A DNA stretch of 64,000 nucleotides from an uncultured virus (IMG/VR IMGVR_UViG_2788500352_000001) (IMGVR_UViG_2788500352_000001); one strand, 5' to 3'; shown: positions 46,403 to 55,212, counted from the first letter of the stretch. Numbers and translations are program-made. The notes: generated by a model from the sequence alone, not told the origin.

Positions 46403-46615
46403 ATGGAAATTCAAGTCCGTTGCCGATGCGGCAAACGCCTTTTCGACCTTTCGCTAGACAGGCCTCCAGGCGGACGCATCTACATCTTGTGTCGCTGTAA
46501 AACGATGAACGTCATCGACCTTTCAGCGTATTCCAATCTGCAGGCCCATTCGGAGCCTGTTTCAAAAGAGGCCCCTGAGCCCACTTCTCAGCGCCAAGCG
46601 AGCGCACAATCCTGA
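46403..46615 (+). CDS. Mu Com-like zinc-finger translational regulator
   Basis: MEIQVRCRCGKRLF...IYILCRCKTMN (four Cys, Com-type layout); GGGAGGG RBS; GAGnnCC sites at its 3' end. Confidence 0.75.
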   Translation: MEIQVRCRCGKRLFDLSLDRPPGGRIYILCRCKTMNVIDLSAYSNLQAHSEPVSKEAPEPTSQRQASAQS

Positions 46616-46652
46616 GAACCTTGAGTTCCATAGCAAAAGGAGTTTGCTATGG
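46614..46652 (+). promoter_or_regulatory. Tandem GAGnnCC sites plus RBS/start-sequestering hairpin
   Basis: GAGAACC-TT-GAGTTCC overlapping perfect stem CCATAGCAAA-[AGGAG]-TTTGCTATGG that contains the ATG. Confidence 0.8.
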
Positions 46653-47266
46653 CTGAATTTGCTTCTAAAGGCCTCGCCAACGGCGTAGGCATCCCTGCCC
46701 TTGTTTTGGGCTCTCTCGGCTTTCTTGGCTCTGCCAACAACGGCAACGGCGGAATCCTCGGCGGCCTTTTTGGCGGCGGAAACTGCAATCAGGTTTCTGC
46801 GCTGATGGCTGAGAACGCTAACCTCCGCGCGGAGAAGTACTCTGACAACAAGAACGCCGAGGTGTACGTCGCCTCTCGCGCTGAGAACAAGGCGCTACGT
46901 GACGAGCTCATGGGCTTTATCCGCCCGCTCTCCAACGAGGCCGCGCAGAACCGTGAACGCATCGCTGTGCTCGAAACCAACGTGGCCAAGAACGCCGAGA
47001 TCGCCGACCTGCGCGAGAAGCTGGTGCGCGCCGAACTTGGCGCCAAGATTGACACTGTTGCGCAGACGTGCGGCTGTGGTATTGCCCAGCTCAACAACGC
47101 TGTCGCCGGTATCAACACCACGTTGAACCAGATCACCCACACGGTTATCCCGCGCACAGCGATCTGTCCTGAAGTGATGGAACGCTACAACTCGTGGGTT
47201 GCGCCCACAGCCGCAGCTCCGGCAGTTCAGCCGGTGACTGGCAGCATCAACGTTAACCGGGGTTAA
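46649..47266 (+). CDS. Uncharacterised protein: Gly-rich hydrophobic N-terminus, coiled coil, CGC motif
   Basis: 205 aa, AGGAG RBS. Confidence 0.85.
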   Translation: MAEFASKGLANGVGIPALVLGSLGFLGSANNGNGGILGGLFGGGNCNQVSALMAENANLRAEKYSDNKNAEVYVASRAENKALRDELMGFIRPLSNEAAQNRERIAVLETNVAKNAEIADLREKLVRAELGAKIDTVAQTCGCGIAQLNNAVAGINTTLNQITHTVIPRTAICPEVMERYNSWVAPTAAAPAVQPVTGSINVNRG

Positions 47267-47269
47267 GCC

Positions 47270-47605
47270 ATGAGAATGCCGATTGGAAACTTGCCTGCGG
47301 TGGTTGTGGAATTTGCTCAGCAAGTCCTCATCCCGGCCGCAGAAAAGCAGGGCGGTTCTCTGCCCTTCGCCGTCGGCATCGTCTCGGGGCTCGTCGCACA
47401 GCGGGCCCCGGCGATGATCGAACCTTACCTGCCGATGCTCAAGTCTTTGGGAGCGGTGGATGAGCAAAACCGAATCGACGTGGACTTACTGTACGGCGAA
47501 GCCGCAAAGAACCTTGAAGCGCACCCGTTCGCCATCGGGCCGTACAAGCCTGATCGAGGCGACCTGGATGCGCTGAAGGAAATCATGAACCGGCATGGAG
47601 AATAG
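47270..47605 (+). CDS. Uncharacterised 111-aa protein
   Basis: 3 nt after previous stop. Confidence 0.8.
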   Translation: MRMPIGNLPAVVVEFAQQVLIPAAEKQGGSLPFAVGIVSGLVAQRAPAMIEPYLPMLKSLGAVDEQNRIDVDLLYGEAAKNLEAHPFAIGPYKPDRGDLDALKEIMNRHGE

Positions 47606-47607
47606 TC

Positions 47608-47787
47608 ATGGAAATGAAGGAACTTATGAAAGCCCGCGCGGAGCAATCCATGCACTGCCTGCTCGAAAAGATCGACAAGGTATGCGATGAGGCCCGCGAC
47701 AGTGGCGGCTTAAGCGGTGAGGACGTTCGCACGCTTGAAAAAGCGTGGTGCGCCATCGCCACTATAAAGGCTGTCTGCAAGGAGTAA
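47608..47787 (+). CDS. Uncharacterised 59-aa helical protein with four Cys
   Basis: Own translation MEMKELMKARAEQSMHCLLEKIDKVCDEARD...AVCKE; GGAG RBS. Confidence 0.7.
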   Translation: MEMKELMKARAEQSMHCLLEKIDKVCDEARDSGGLSGEDVRTLEKAWCAIATIKAVCKE

Positions 47788-47789
47788 CG

Positions 47790-47815
47790 AAAAACCCCGG
47801 TTCATCGCCGGGGTT
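47790..47815. terminator. Terminator between converging cassette and tailspike
   Basis: AAAAACCCCGG-TTCATCG-CCGGGGTT. Confidence 0.7.
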
Positions 47816-47862
47816 CTCATTGCAATCTCAGTTCTACGAGTCGCTGCTGAAACGGGGTTTCG

Positions 47863-50151
47863 TTACAGCCGCGCCTCAATCTGCGCCAGGCGCCATCTCT
47901 GGTAAGCGGCTTCAAGTGCAAGAGCCTCTTCATAGCGGATGCCGTACCGATCGCCCGCAGGAGTCACGAGACGATGCACAACGTGAGTCTGAGCAGGCGT
48001 GACGGTACCATCTTCTGCGACGACCTCTGGCGTATCGACAACCTCTACGTCTTCGTATTCGTCATCCCATTTGTCGTAGCAGAGAAGACCGTAACGAGTT
48101 GCGTCCAGACCTTCGGACTCGAATGCCGCCTTCACCTCCTGGGCAACGACGCCGACGTGGATTCGAGCGTCGCCGCCCTTCTTCTCTACAGCGTCCTTGA
48201 ACTGGAAGACCTTGAAGTTCACCTTGCTCCAGGCACGCATGAGGGCGTCGTCGGGGGAGTCGATCGAAGTCTTCGACCGCTCGTCGGACGTGTTGATTGT
48301 GCCTGTAGCCGCGAAAAGTTGAGACCAACGTGCCGTTGCTGATCCTAACGCCTGAGCATTACTCAAACCGGGGTTAAGAGATTTTTCTGCACTTAGTAAA
48401 ACTCGTGCAGTAAATGTAGATCCATCCCACTCCCCAATAAAAAATTGAGTATTTATCGGATAGGAAATGTGCCCTGATTTTGAATATGCATTTCCAAATC
48501 GAAAGTGCGGACGGTTTACCCCAACGAATGTTGACGTTGCATTTTGAGCAAAATCTGACTCACAAGCACTGACATTAGTTGCAACGAAGTCTCTTAGCTG
48601 CCCCGTAGATGTTTCTGACGATGTCACCAAGACTTTATTTTTCAAGCCTACTATGTCAATGTTTTCAAGAACAACTCGCTCGTTATTAGATATGATGCCC
48701 GCAGCTAATCCAGATTGCTTTTCTACAATGAAATTTGCAATTTTATCTATGGATCCAGCCTTATCGAAAAGAGCATACGTATAGCCTTCTAGATTATCCA
48801 CGAAAACATTTTCGACGATATTGTGCTTAGACGATGCAAAATCCGATACCTGCGTCGTAAACAGCCCGTAGTATTCCGAAGTACCGCTTACATAGCTAAT
48901 ATCTCTGAAGGCGAGATTTCTATATACGCCAAAGAATCCGTTGAGGACGCATTGAACCTTCGCCACGTTTTCAGAACAAATCCCATAAGTTTGCAACCCG
49001 TCCACGACTACGTTTGCATAACCTTCCACCTTGACAGGTCGGAGTTTGGTTGCGCCCTCGTATGAAGCACTCAAATCTCTTAACGTAATGTCAGTGAAAA
49101 TAACATTCCTTGCACAAGTCTTTTCTGCAAGTTCAGTCTGAGGCACTTCCGTAGGAACGCACCAGGCAACACAACCGTTGGCAACCTTTTCAGCAGTTGA
49201 AGCTGTAACTGTGATGTTTCTTGCAGGCGGCTCTTGATGGTGCCCAACAGCAGAATATGCGCTTGCATAGCCATAGACGTAGCAGCTTGTAGCAGTGCAA
49301 TTTTCACTACCCCCATCAAATTCAATGCCGTTTTGATTTTCTTTTGCTTTGACAGATCGATTAAATATTGATTTATGACCATCAACCAAAACATTTTTAG
49401 CAAAGTGTGTCGTTAAACCATCGTCGATGACTGAGTTAATTGTCTTTGTATCTCTAAAGACAATTTGCTCACATCCGCCAGACACAGCATCGTAATTAAA
49501 GTGACCAACATCGTGGTTGTTTTTTAATTCAAAAGTGCTACAGTCAAACCCGTGCATAACTGCATCTATGACAGTAACATTTTCAACTAAAGCACCTTTT
49601 ACGCCTGCGAGCTTTACACCGCAACCACCATAACTATCAGTAACCTGAGCGGCTCTATCCCACCCGTTCATCTTGATAGCTAAGTTTTTGATTGTGATGT
49701 CAGTATCATAAGTTGTTTGTGCGACTGACTGGTACTTCGCTTTATATCTAGAAAGATTTACGAAACCATCAAGTTCGTTCTTTGCCGTTTTAGCCACGAC
49801 AAATATCGTTTTCTTTTCGCCATCTCCATAAACGAAGCTGTCAGAGGGCAACGCAATATCTGACGAAATTAAGTAGACGCCTGAAGGCATGTAGCAAGCG
49901 ACATGTCTGTCAGTGCTTTGAACAATCGCGGCCTGAATGGCTGCAGTGTCATCATGGTGGCCATCGCCAACAGCTCCAAAATCCTTCACATTGACGACGT
50001 CCGCGAAGCGGTACCGGAGCTGACGCGGGTAGACGGTACCGGCCGCGGCCACCGGCAACATATCCCCGATGCCTGTGGGCGTTTCCACAATGTGAATATC
50101 CTTGCCCTTCTTCTTGGCGAGGGCGACGCCGGAATGGTATTGGATTGTCAT
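47863..50151 (-). CDS. Tailspike: pectate-lyase-like beta helix plus C-terminal S74 intramolecular chaperone
   Basis: VNVKDFGAVGDG..DDTAAIQAA; TSDERSKT, HVGVVAQEV, YGIRYEE. Confidence 0.9.
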   Translation of the reverse strand: MTIQYHSGVALAKKKGKDIHIVETPTGIGDMLPVAAAGTVYPRQLRYRFADVVNVKDFGAVGDGHHDDTAAIQAAIVQSTDRHVACYMPSGVYLISSDIALPSDSFVYGDGEKKTIFVVAKTAKNELDGFVNLSRYKAKYQSVAQTTYDTDITIKNLAIKMNGWDRAAQVTDSYGGCGVKLAGVKGALVENVTVIDAVMHGFDCSTFELKNNHDVGHFNYDAVSGGCEQIVFRDTKTINSVIDDGLTTHFAKNVLVDGHKSIFNRSVKAKENQNGIEFDGGSENCTATSCYVYGYASAYSAVGHHQEPPARNITVTASTAEKVANGCVAWCVPTEVPQTELAEKTCARNVIFTDITLRDLSASYEGATKLRPVKVEGYANVVVDGLQTYGICSENVAKVQCVLNGFFGVYRNLAFRDISYVSGTSEYYGLFTTQVSDFASSKHNIVENVFVDNLEGYTYALFDKAGSIDKIANFIVEKQSGLAAGIISNNERVVLENIDIVGLKNKVLVTSSETSTGQLRDFVATNVSACESDFAQNATSTFVGVNRPHFRFGNAYSKSGHISYPINTQFFIGEWDGSTFTARVLLSAEKSLNPGLSNAQALGSATARWSQLFAATGTINTSDERSKTSIDSPDDALMRAWSKVNFKVFQFKDAVEKKGGDARIHVGVVAQEVKAAFESEGLDATRYGLLCYDKWDDEYEDVEVVDTPEVVAEDGTVTPAQTHVVHRLVTPAGDRYGIRYEEALALEAAYQRWRLAQIEARL

Positions 50152-50153
50152 GA

Positions 50154-52409
50154 TTAAGCACCCGTGCCGCTACCGTCGTAGACCACGGCAGTCTTTGCAC
50201 CGACATACATATTTGATTTCATACTGGATCGGCAATCGCTGTACTGCGAGTACATGGGCCCCAACACAAAGAACCGCACACCGGTGAAGCCGTCGGGGAA
50301 AGTGAAGGACGCCAGATTCGAATACAGACTTAAGGAGGAGCCCGAGTTCGAGTACACGAGGTAATTCGTCGGAAGGTTTGACGACATTCCGGAGAAGTCG
50401 AGGGTATTGATTCGCAGGTCGCAGCGCAGGGTATAGATGGCGTACTGAGGCGACAACGATGCGCCGTCCGAGTTGAAGCTACAGTTTCGAATATCGACCT
50501 CTCCGCCTTCGGCATGAACAATCATCCGTATTCCACCGTAGTCCTGAACCCCCTTGAACGTGAGCTGTGAGAATCGCACCGTACTGTCGTTGATTCGGAG
50601 AGGCGGAAGAACGGCTGTCGTTTTCCCTGCCCACTGCTGCACGACAACTAGGCGAAGCAGCCCTTGCAGATACAGAACGCTGACGCGGGAGAAGTCCCCG
50701 GCCACGTTGATAACCGCGCGGTATGGCTTCTTAGTCTGCTGCAGGCACCAAATTGCCCGGTTCAAAGAGTTGAATGGCTTAGCCGCGGTACCATCCCCGG
50801 CGTAGGCCGCCGAGGCATCCACATAGATGGCGACGTTCTCCTGCATCAGATTACCGAAAAAGCCCCCGCTTTCAGCGAGGACTCTATCCTGTGTTTGCGG
50901 TAACGCTGATGGCTCCGCCAAGTCGAAATCTGCGAGATAGAAAGGAATTTCATTAGGGCCGTCGTTAAAGCCAAGAAGCATGGCCCCCTTGAAGAAGTCC
51001 ACGCTTTCCAACTCGGCGAACGATCCCCCAAGGAACCACTTCCACACGACTTCACACTTTGCCGTATCAAACACGACAATGGCTTCCTCGCGCTGCAGAA
51101 CATTCGTACTGCTTGTGGTACTGCGCGGGAAGAACAACAAGCCCTTGTACACACCAAAGTCCTGCCCTGTCGCCGGAGCCCATGTTGGATAGCTCCACGG
51201 GATAGAACGCTCCAATACCCATTCCGTCGTGTACACCAAAACCTTGGCATTGGCATAGGCGTAGAACCGATCGGTATAGGAGTCGTAGGCGATAGCGCCG
51301 CCACTAGCTGCAGGCAAAGCGATAAAACCTTCGCGCGTCAATGTAGCCGCGTCAACGACAGCGATAGCCTGAGCCACGTCACTAGCCAACGTCGTGACGT
51401 ACAACTTTCCATTGCAGTACGTCAGACCATTAGCGTGATAGAGATCAGTGTAATCCGCGGACGTTCGGGCGCCCGTAGACACCGTGTATTTCACAATTCG
51501 CTGAGACGCGTTGTCCTGCGTGATTTCAGCGAACCAAACGGTATCCTCTCCATCGGTGCAAAAGCCTTGCAGAAAATAGCGCGAGTTTGAATCCCGCCAG
51601 TCAACCGTCGTGGTAAAAAGGATGCCGGGATCAAGGCGTTCGGTAAATTGACGAGTCCGCCACCACGGAGAAGCCAGCACGGCGCTCTTGCTGAGCATAT
51701 CGGCCAACTTCTCCGCAATCGTCTGAAACAGCTTTTCCAAGGTCTCGCCGCCCACCAACCTGTTCGAAATATCCTCCCCGGCGTTGCCCGGATTGCCGTA
51801 GCCCTTGACCCAAAAGTAACCGTCGTAGGGATAAGCCTCGACCTCTTCAAGGGAGTTCACCAGGTGGGGAATATCCCACGAATAACGTTCGATAAAGCCC
51901 TTGATGGCTTCGCAGGCGGCAAGCGTTTCCTTGGACGCCCCGGCTGCAGCGATAGCGTCGTCCACCGCGGCGAGCAACTTATCGCGCAGCTGACGAGGGG
52001 TGATCGCGTCCGTCGGATCGGTGATGAGCGCGCGGCTGACTTGCTCGACAAGTTGCTGACAGAGAATCGTCAGCCGGTCGAGCGAATCATTGAGCACCGT
52101 CGGAAAGAACGCCCCTCGGTTTGTGAAAACCGTCGGCTGTACATAGGCTTCGCCCGAGATAACGGCAAGCGCCGCGCCTTTTACCAGTGGCTCCTTAAGC
52201 GTAATCTTGCCGCCAGGGTTGATATCTTGGTCGTCATTAAGGACGCAGACGTACGCATTTGGGTTAAGAACCGCATCAACGCCATGGGGCGGCGCAACGT
52301 GAACTTCGGCATCCTCAGACTTCAGTAATTTGAAAGAAAAAGAAAACTGCGTCTGCACACCGTCGCCGACATAAATATCGCTTCGGCGAAGTTGAGATTG
52401 AATAGCCAT
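50154..52409 (-). CDS. Tail fibre with T7-type N-terminal anchor
   Basis: YVGDGVQTQFSFSF...LDRLTILCQQL anchor; propeller-like middle; GDGTAAKPFNSL motif. Confidence 0.85.
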   Translation of the reverse strand: MAIQSQLRRSDIYVGDGVQTQFSFSFKLLKSEDAEVHVAPPHGVDAVLNPNAYVCVLNDDQDINPGGKITLKEPLVKGAALAVISGEAYVQPTVFTNRGAFFPTVLNDSLDRLTILCQQLVEQVSRALITDPTDAITPRQLRDKLLAAVDDAIAAAGASKETLAACEAIKGFIERYSWDIPHLVNSLEEVEAYPYDGYFWVKGYGNPGNAGEDISNRLVGGETLEKLFQTIAEKLADMLSKSAVLASPWWRTRQFTERLDPGILFTTTVDWRDSNSRYFLQGFCTDGEDTVWFAEITQDNASQRIVKYTVSTGARTSADYTDLYHANGLTYCNGKLYVTTLASDVAQAIAVVDAATLTREGFIALPAASGGAIAYDSYTDRFYAYANAKVLVYTTEWVLERSIPWSYPTWAPATGQDFGVYKGLLFFPRSTTSSTNVLQREEAIVVFDTAKCEVVWKWFLGGSFAELESVDFFKGAMLLGFNDGPNEIPFYLADFDLAEPSALPQTQDRVLAESGGFFGNLMQENVAIYVDASAAYAGDGTAAKPFNSLNRAIWCLQQTKKPYRAVINVAGDFSRVSVLYLQGLLRLVVVQQWAGKTTAVLPPLRINDSTVRFSQLTFKGVQDYGGIRMIVHAEGGEVDIRNCSFNSDGASLSPQYAIYTLRCDLRINTLDFSGMSSNLPTNYLVYSNSGSSLSLYSNLASFTFPDGFTGVRFFVLGPMYSQYSDCRSSMKSNMYVGAKTAVVYDGSGTGA

Positions 52410-52437
52410 GGGCGAGACCTCAGAATTTAGTCTCTGC

Positions 52438-52471
52438 AGTCTCGCCCCGTGGCCCCGGCGTTTATGGACGG
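52438..52471 (-). promoter_or_regulatory. Putative late promoter 6
   Basis: CCGTCCATAAA-N17-GAGACT upstream of tail fibre. Confidence 0.75.
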
Positions 52472-52472
52472 G

Positions 52473-53813
52473 TTAACGCCACGACCTATCGAACTCCTCG
52501 TTTGCGTCGTAGTCGTTCGAAGAGCCGTAGAGCTGTCGTTCGAGCCGCTGATCTAGTTTCGGCGCGACGGGCGCGGCGAAGGTGAGCGCCAAAGCATCCG
52601 CCAAGTCAGTGCTTCGCCCAATGCGTTCCTTGATCTTGTCTTTCGACTCCAAAATCTTCAGCCCTTTGCCCGTGGTGTAGCCGTACGTCGGCGCGGACAA
52701 GTCAGCTTGTAGCATCGTATCCGGAGGGATTGCCCCGCCGTCTTGTAGCCATTTCGCCATTTCTGCCCACATTTCCATGCGTTTATTTGCGTAGTGCGGA
52801 TCCGAAGAGGCACCGGCAAAGGCCACTTCCGTCACATCAAAACGTAATTGCCGCAACCTATCGACAACACCGGAACCATTGCCAATATCGATGAACACCG
52901 CATCCGGTTGCCATTCCCTAATCTGAATCGCCACCTGATCCGCGAGTGCCATATTGTCGAGTTTCCGGATGACTGTCGGCGGCCAAGACACAACGCCCTG
53001 ACGCTTGAATATCACAGAAGCGTCAGACCCAAAGCGTGCCACGTCAACACCCAGGATGCGCGGAGACGCAGCGTAATCGTGCTCTCGGTACTGTCGGCAC
53101 GCAGCGGCGCGGACGGTATCAATCGAGATCAGCACATTGTCGGCCGCCGCATTGAAGTCACACATGAATTCCTGCCGGAACTCATTCTCGGACATTTCGA
53201 GTTTCAACGCCTGCAACTCGTTGTCCGGAATAACGTGCGTCCGATCCACTGAGTAGAGCATTGCAATCCACTCCGGGTCACCGGCGGCCATGCGTTCGAG
53301 AGCCTTGTCATACATCTGACTGAAGAGATTTATCCCCTTCGGCGTCCCAATGAATACCGCCCAACCTTTGCGGTCAGCGAGCGCCGGGCGCAAAATTTCG
53401 CCCCACACTTCGGGCTTCATCTGCGCCACTTCGTCAAGAACCACGCCGTCAAAATACGCGCCGCGAAGGGCATCCGGATTATCGGCACCGTAAATGCGGA
53501 TAGTGACGCCGTTCGGCAGTGTGATAGACAACTTCTGCTCATTGACCTTGCACATCGGTATCGGGGCCGTGTAGTGCTTCAGATAACCCCAGGCGATCTG
53601 TTCGGCCTGATTCCGGAACGGGGCAATGTAGGCGTAAAAGCCCCGCTCCTTCGCGTCAACGATAGCCCGCTTGATAAGGTGATTGACACTGAGAACCGTT
53701 TTACCCATACGGCGATGCGCAACCAGGACAGCGAAACGATGAGTTTCAAGCGCCTGATGAATCTCGTCCTGAGGATACCGGGGCGCGTACGGAATTTTTA
53801 TCTGTACCGTCAT
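52473..53813 (-). CDS. Terminase large subunit
   Basis: HRRMGKT Walker A, VVLDEVA Walker B, LGVDVARFGSD nuclease motif. Confidence 0.96.
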   Translation of the reverse strand: MTVQIKIPYAPRYPQDEIHQALETHRFAVLVAHRRMGKTVLSVNHLIKRAIVDAKERGFYAYIAPFRNQAEQIAWGYLKHYTAPIPMCKVNEQKLSITLPNGVTIRIYGADNPDALRGAYFDGVVLDEVAQMKPEVWGEILRPALADRKGWAVFIGTPKGINLFSQMYDKALERMAAGDPEWIAMLYSVDRTHVIPDNELQALKLEMSENEFRQEFMCDFNAAADNVLISIDTVRAAACRQYREHDYAASPRILGVDVARFGSDASVIFKRQGVVSWPPTVIRKLDNMALADQVAIQIREWQPDAVFIDIGNGSGVVDRLRQLRFDVTEVAFAGASSDPHYANKRMEMWAEMAKWLQDGGAIPPDTMLQADLSAPTYGYTTGKGLKILESKDKIKERIGRSTDLADALALTFAAPVAPKLDQRLERQLYGSSNDYDANEEFDRSWR

Positions 53814-54262
53814 TCTTCGTCGCCGCTCCATCCGATGCTGAGACCGCCAGCAATTGTCGTCTTGTTGTCCTTTTCGTAGAACCCGACGTGCTTTCCGATC
53901 AACTCAAGCGCCTTATTGGCGGCCGGTGCGTCTACCTGTTCCTGCACCGGCAGTCCTGCATCGTCGTAGACTTGAGACCGGCGTTCGCCATCGAACTCGG
54001 TTTTCCCGTAAGTCTTGGCATTGATCCGGTACTGATCGATATGCCACTGCAGCACCTGATCCTGAGTGATTTCGAGCCGTTGCGTTCGAGCGGCTTTCCC
54101 GTCCGCAACAGCCTCCATAACGTTAACATTTGACAACAGGCGTGATGCCTGCTCCCGCGCCGTCTTCGCACTATATCCCGCCCGAATTGCAGCCTGAGTC
54201 GCGTTCAGATCGACAAGGTACTCTTGCACAAATCGTTCTTGTTTCGGCGTCAGTTTCGGCAC
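53810..54262 (-). CDS. Terminase small subunit
   Basis: LTPKQERFVQEYLVDLNATQAAIRAGYS...ALELIGKHVG. Confidence 0.93.
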   Translation of the reverse strand: MPKLTPKQERFVQEYLVDLNATQAAIRAGYSAKTAREQASRLLSNVNVMEAVADGKAARTQRLEITQDQVLQWHIDQYRINAKTYGKTEFDGERRSQVYDDAGLPVQEQVDAPAANKALELIGKHVGFYEKDNKTTIAGGLSIGWSGDEE

Positions 54263-54477
54263 TTTCTCCTCTCCCAATGATCCACAACTCTTCCACGCAT
54301 GAGCCCCGCCGCCACAGCCCACACGGTTGATTTTGGCATATCAAGCATATCGGCTATGGCCTTGAAGCTGTACCCCTCATCCCGCAGCTGAAACACCTGA
54401 TCTATCTCAGCGTCAGTGTACTTTGCCACCGGCGAGTCCTCCCCGATCCGTACCCCGTTGCCGCTCACTGCCACCAT
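54250..54477 (-). CDS. Small HTH protein (candidate late activator)
   Basis: GYSFKAIADMLDMPKSTVWAV HTH; immediately upstream of terS. Confidence 0.65.
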   Translation of the reverse strand: MVAVSGNGVRIGEDSPVAKYTDAEIDQVFQLRDEGYSFKAIADMLDMPKSTVWAVAAGLMRGRVVDHWERRKCRN

Positions 54478-54646
54478 CCGCAAAGAAACTCGGACACTCT
54501 TGTCGAGCTTGCGCGACGGCGTTTTCGATGACGCGCTTGCGGGAGATTGACTCTTTTGGCAAGGCTTGGGCTTCGGCGGCAGCCCGGGCAAGTCGGGTTG
54601 CCACCAAAGGCGGGAAAACAAAAGCAATTCCGAGTCGTTCATTCAT
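54413..54646 (-). CDS. Hypothetical protein
   Basis: GAGGAG RBS; overlaps HTH gene. Confidence 0.45.
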   Translation of the reverse strand: MNERLGIAFVFPPLVATRLARAAAEAQALPKESISRKRVIENAVAQARQECPSFFADGGSERQRGTDRGGLAGGKVH

Positions 54647-55012
54647 TTAAAACTCCTCTATGTTCCACCCGCACCCCTGACGCTTCGCCTTTGGGAAGAC
54701 CACAAACATCCGGAACGGGTACTGAGACGCAGCAACCTTCACCTTTACCCGGGCGTCGTCCTGAAACACGGCGAGCGTCCCTTTGACCTCGTGAAGTTCA
54801 ATTTCACCGTTTGGCCGGAGCACCATGAAGTCGGGCGTGTACCAGCACTTCCCGGCGGCAATCTTGACTTTCATGGACTCGAACCAAAACTTCTCAATGC
54901 GCCCCGCCTGCTGTTCTGCCTTCAGAAAAGCCGCATAAGCGGATTCCGTCGCGTTCATCTCACCAGGCTTCAGCCGACCTTTGGCGTATAGACGTTTCAT
55001 TGTGGGCTTCAT
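54647..55012 (-). CDS. PD-(D/E)xK nuclease (DUF1064-like)
   Basis: YTPDF...HEVKG motif. Confidence 0.8.
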   Translation of the reverse strand: MKPTMKRLYAKGRLKPGEMNATESAYAAFLKAEQQAGRIEKFWFESMKVKIAAGKCWYTPDFMVLRPNGEIELHEVKGTLAVFQDDARVKVKVAASQYPFRMFVVFPKAKRQGCGWNIEEF

Positions 55013-55212
55013 TCTTCGTCCTTCCTGTGGTTCTTTTCGACCTGAGCGTCGCAGACGCCCAGCCAAAAATACCGCTGCTCTAATTTCGTCTTGAACTGTT
55101 CAGCCTCTACGGACGGCGCCCAGCCTTTAAGCCCTACGTCGTGGCCGACCTTATAAGCGCGAGTCAGCTTCTCTGCGACAGCGCGTGAAACTCCGGTAGG
55201 CGTTTTCATCAT
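55009..55212 (-). CDS. Hypothetical protein
   Basis: Coupled ORF in replication operon. Confidence 0.55.
   Translation of the reverse strand: MMKTPTGVSRAVAEKLTRAYKVGHDVGLKGWAPSVEAEQFKTKLEQRYFWLGVCDAQVEKNHRKDEE

Noticed and set aside
47863..52409. Diversity-generating retroelement, expected from BPP-1-like head genes
   Set aside because: No reverse transcriptase motif or template/variable repeat pair seen in the window
36125..52471. TTTATGGACG copies as CRISPR, REP or terminator repeats
   Set aside because: Dispersed single 10-11-mers without spacers or hairpins; fixed 17-nt spacing to a -10-like hexamer fits promoters better
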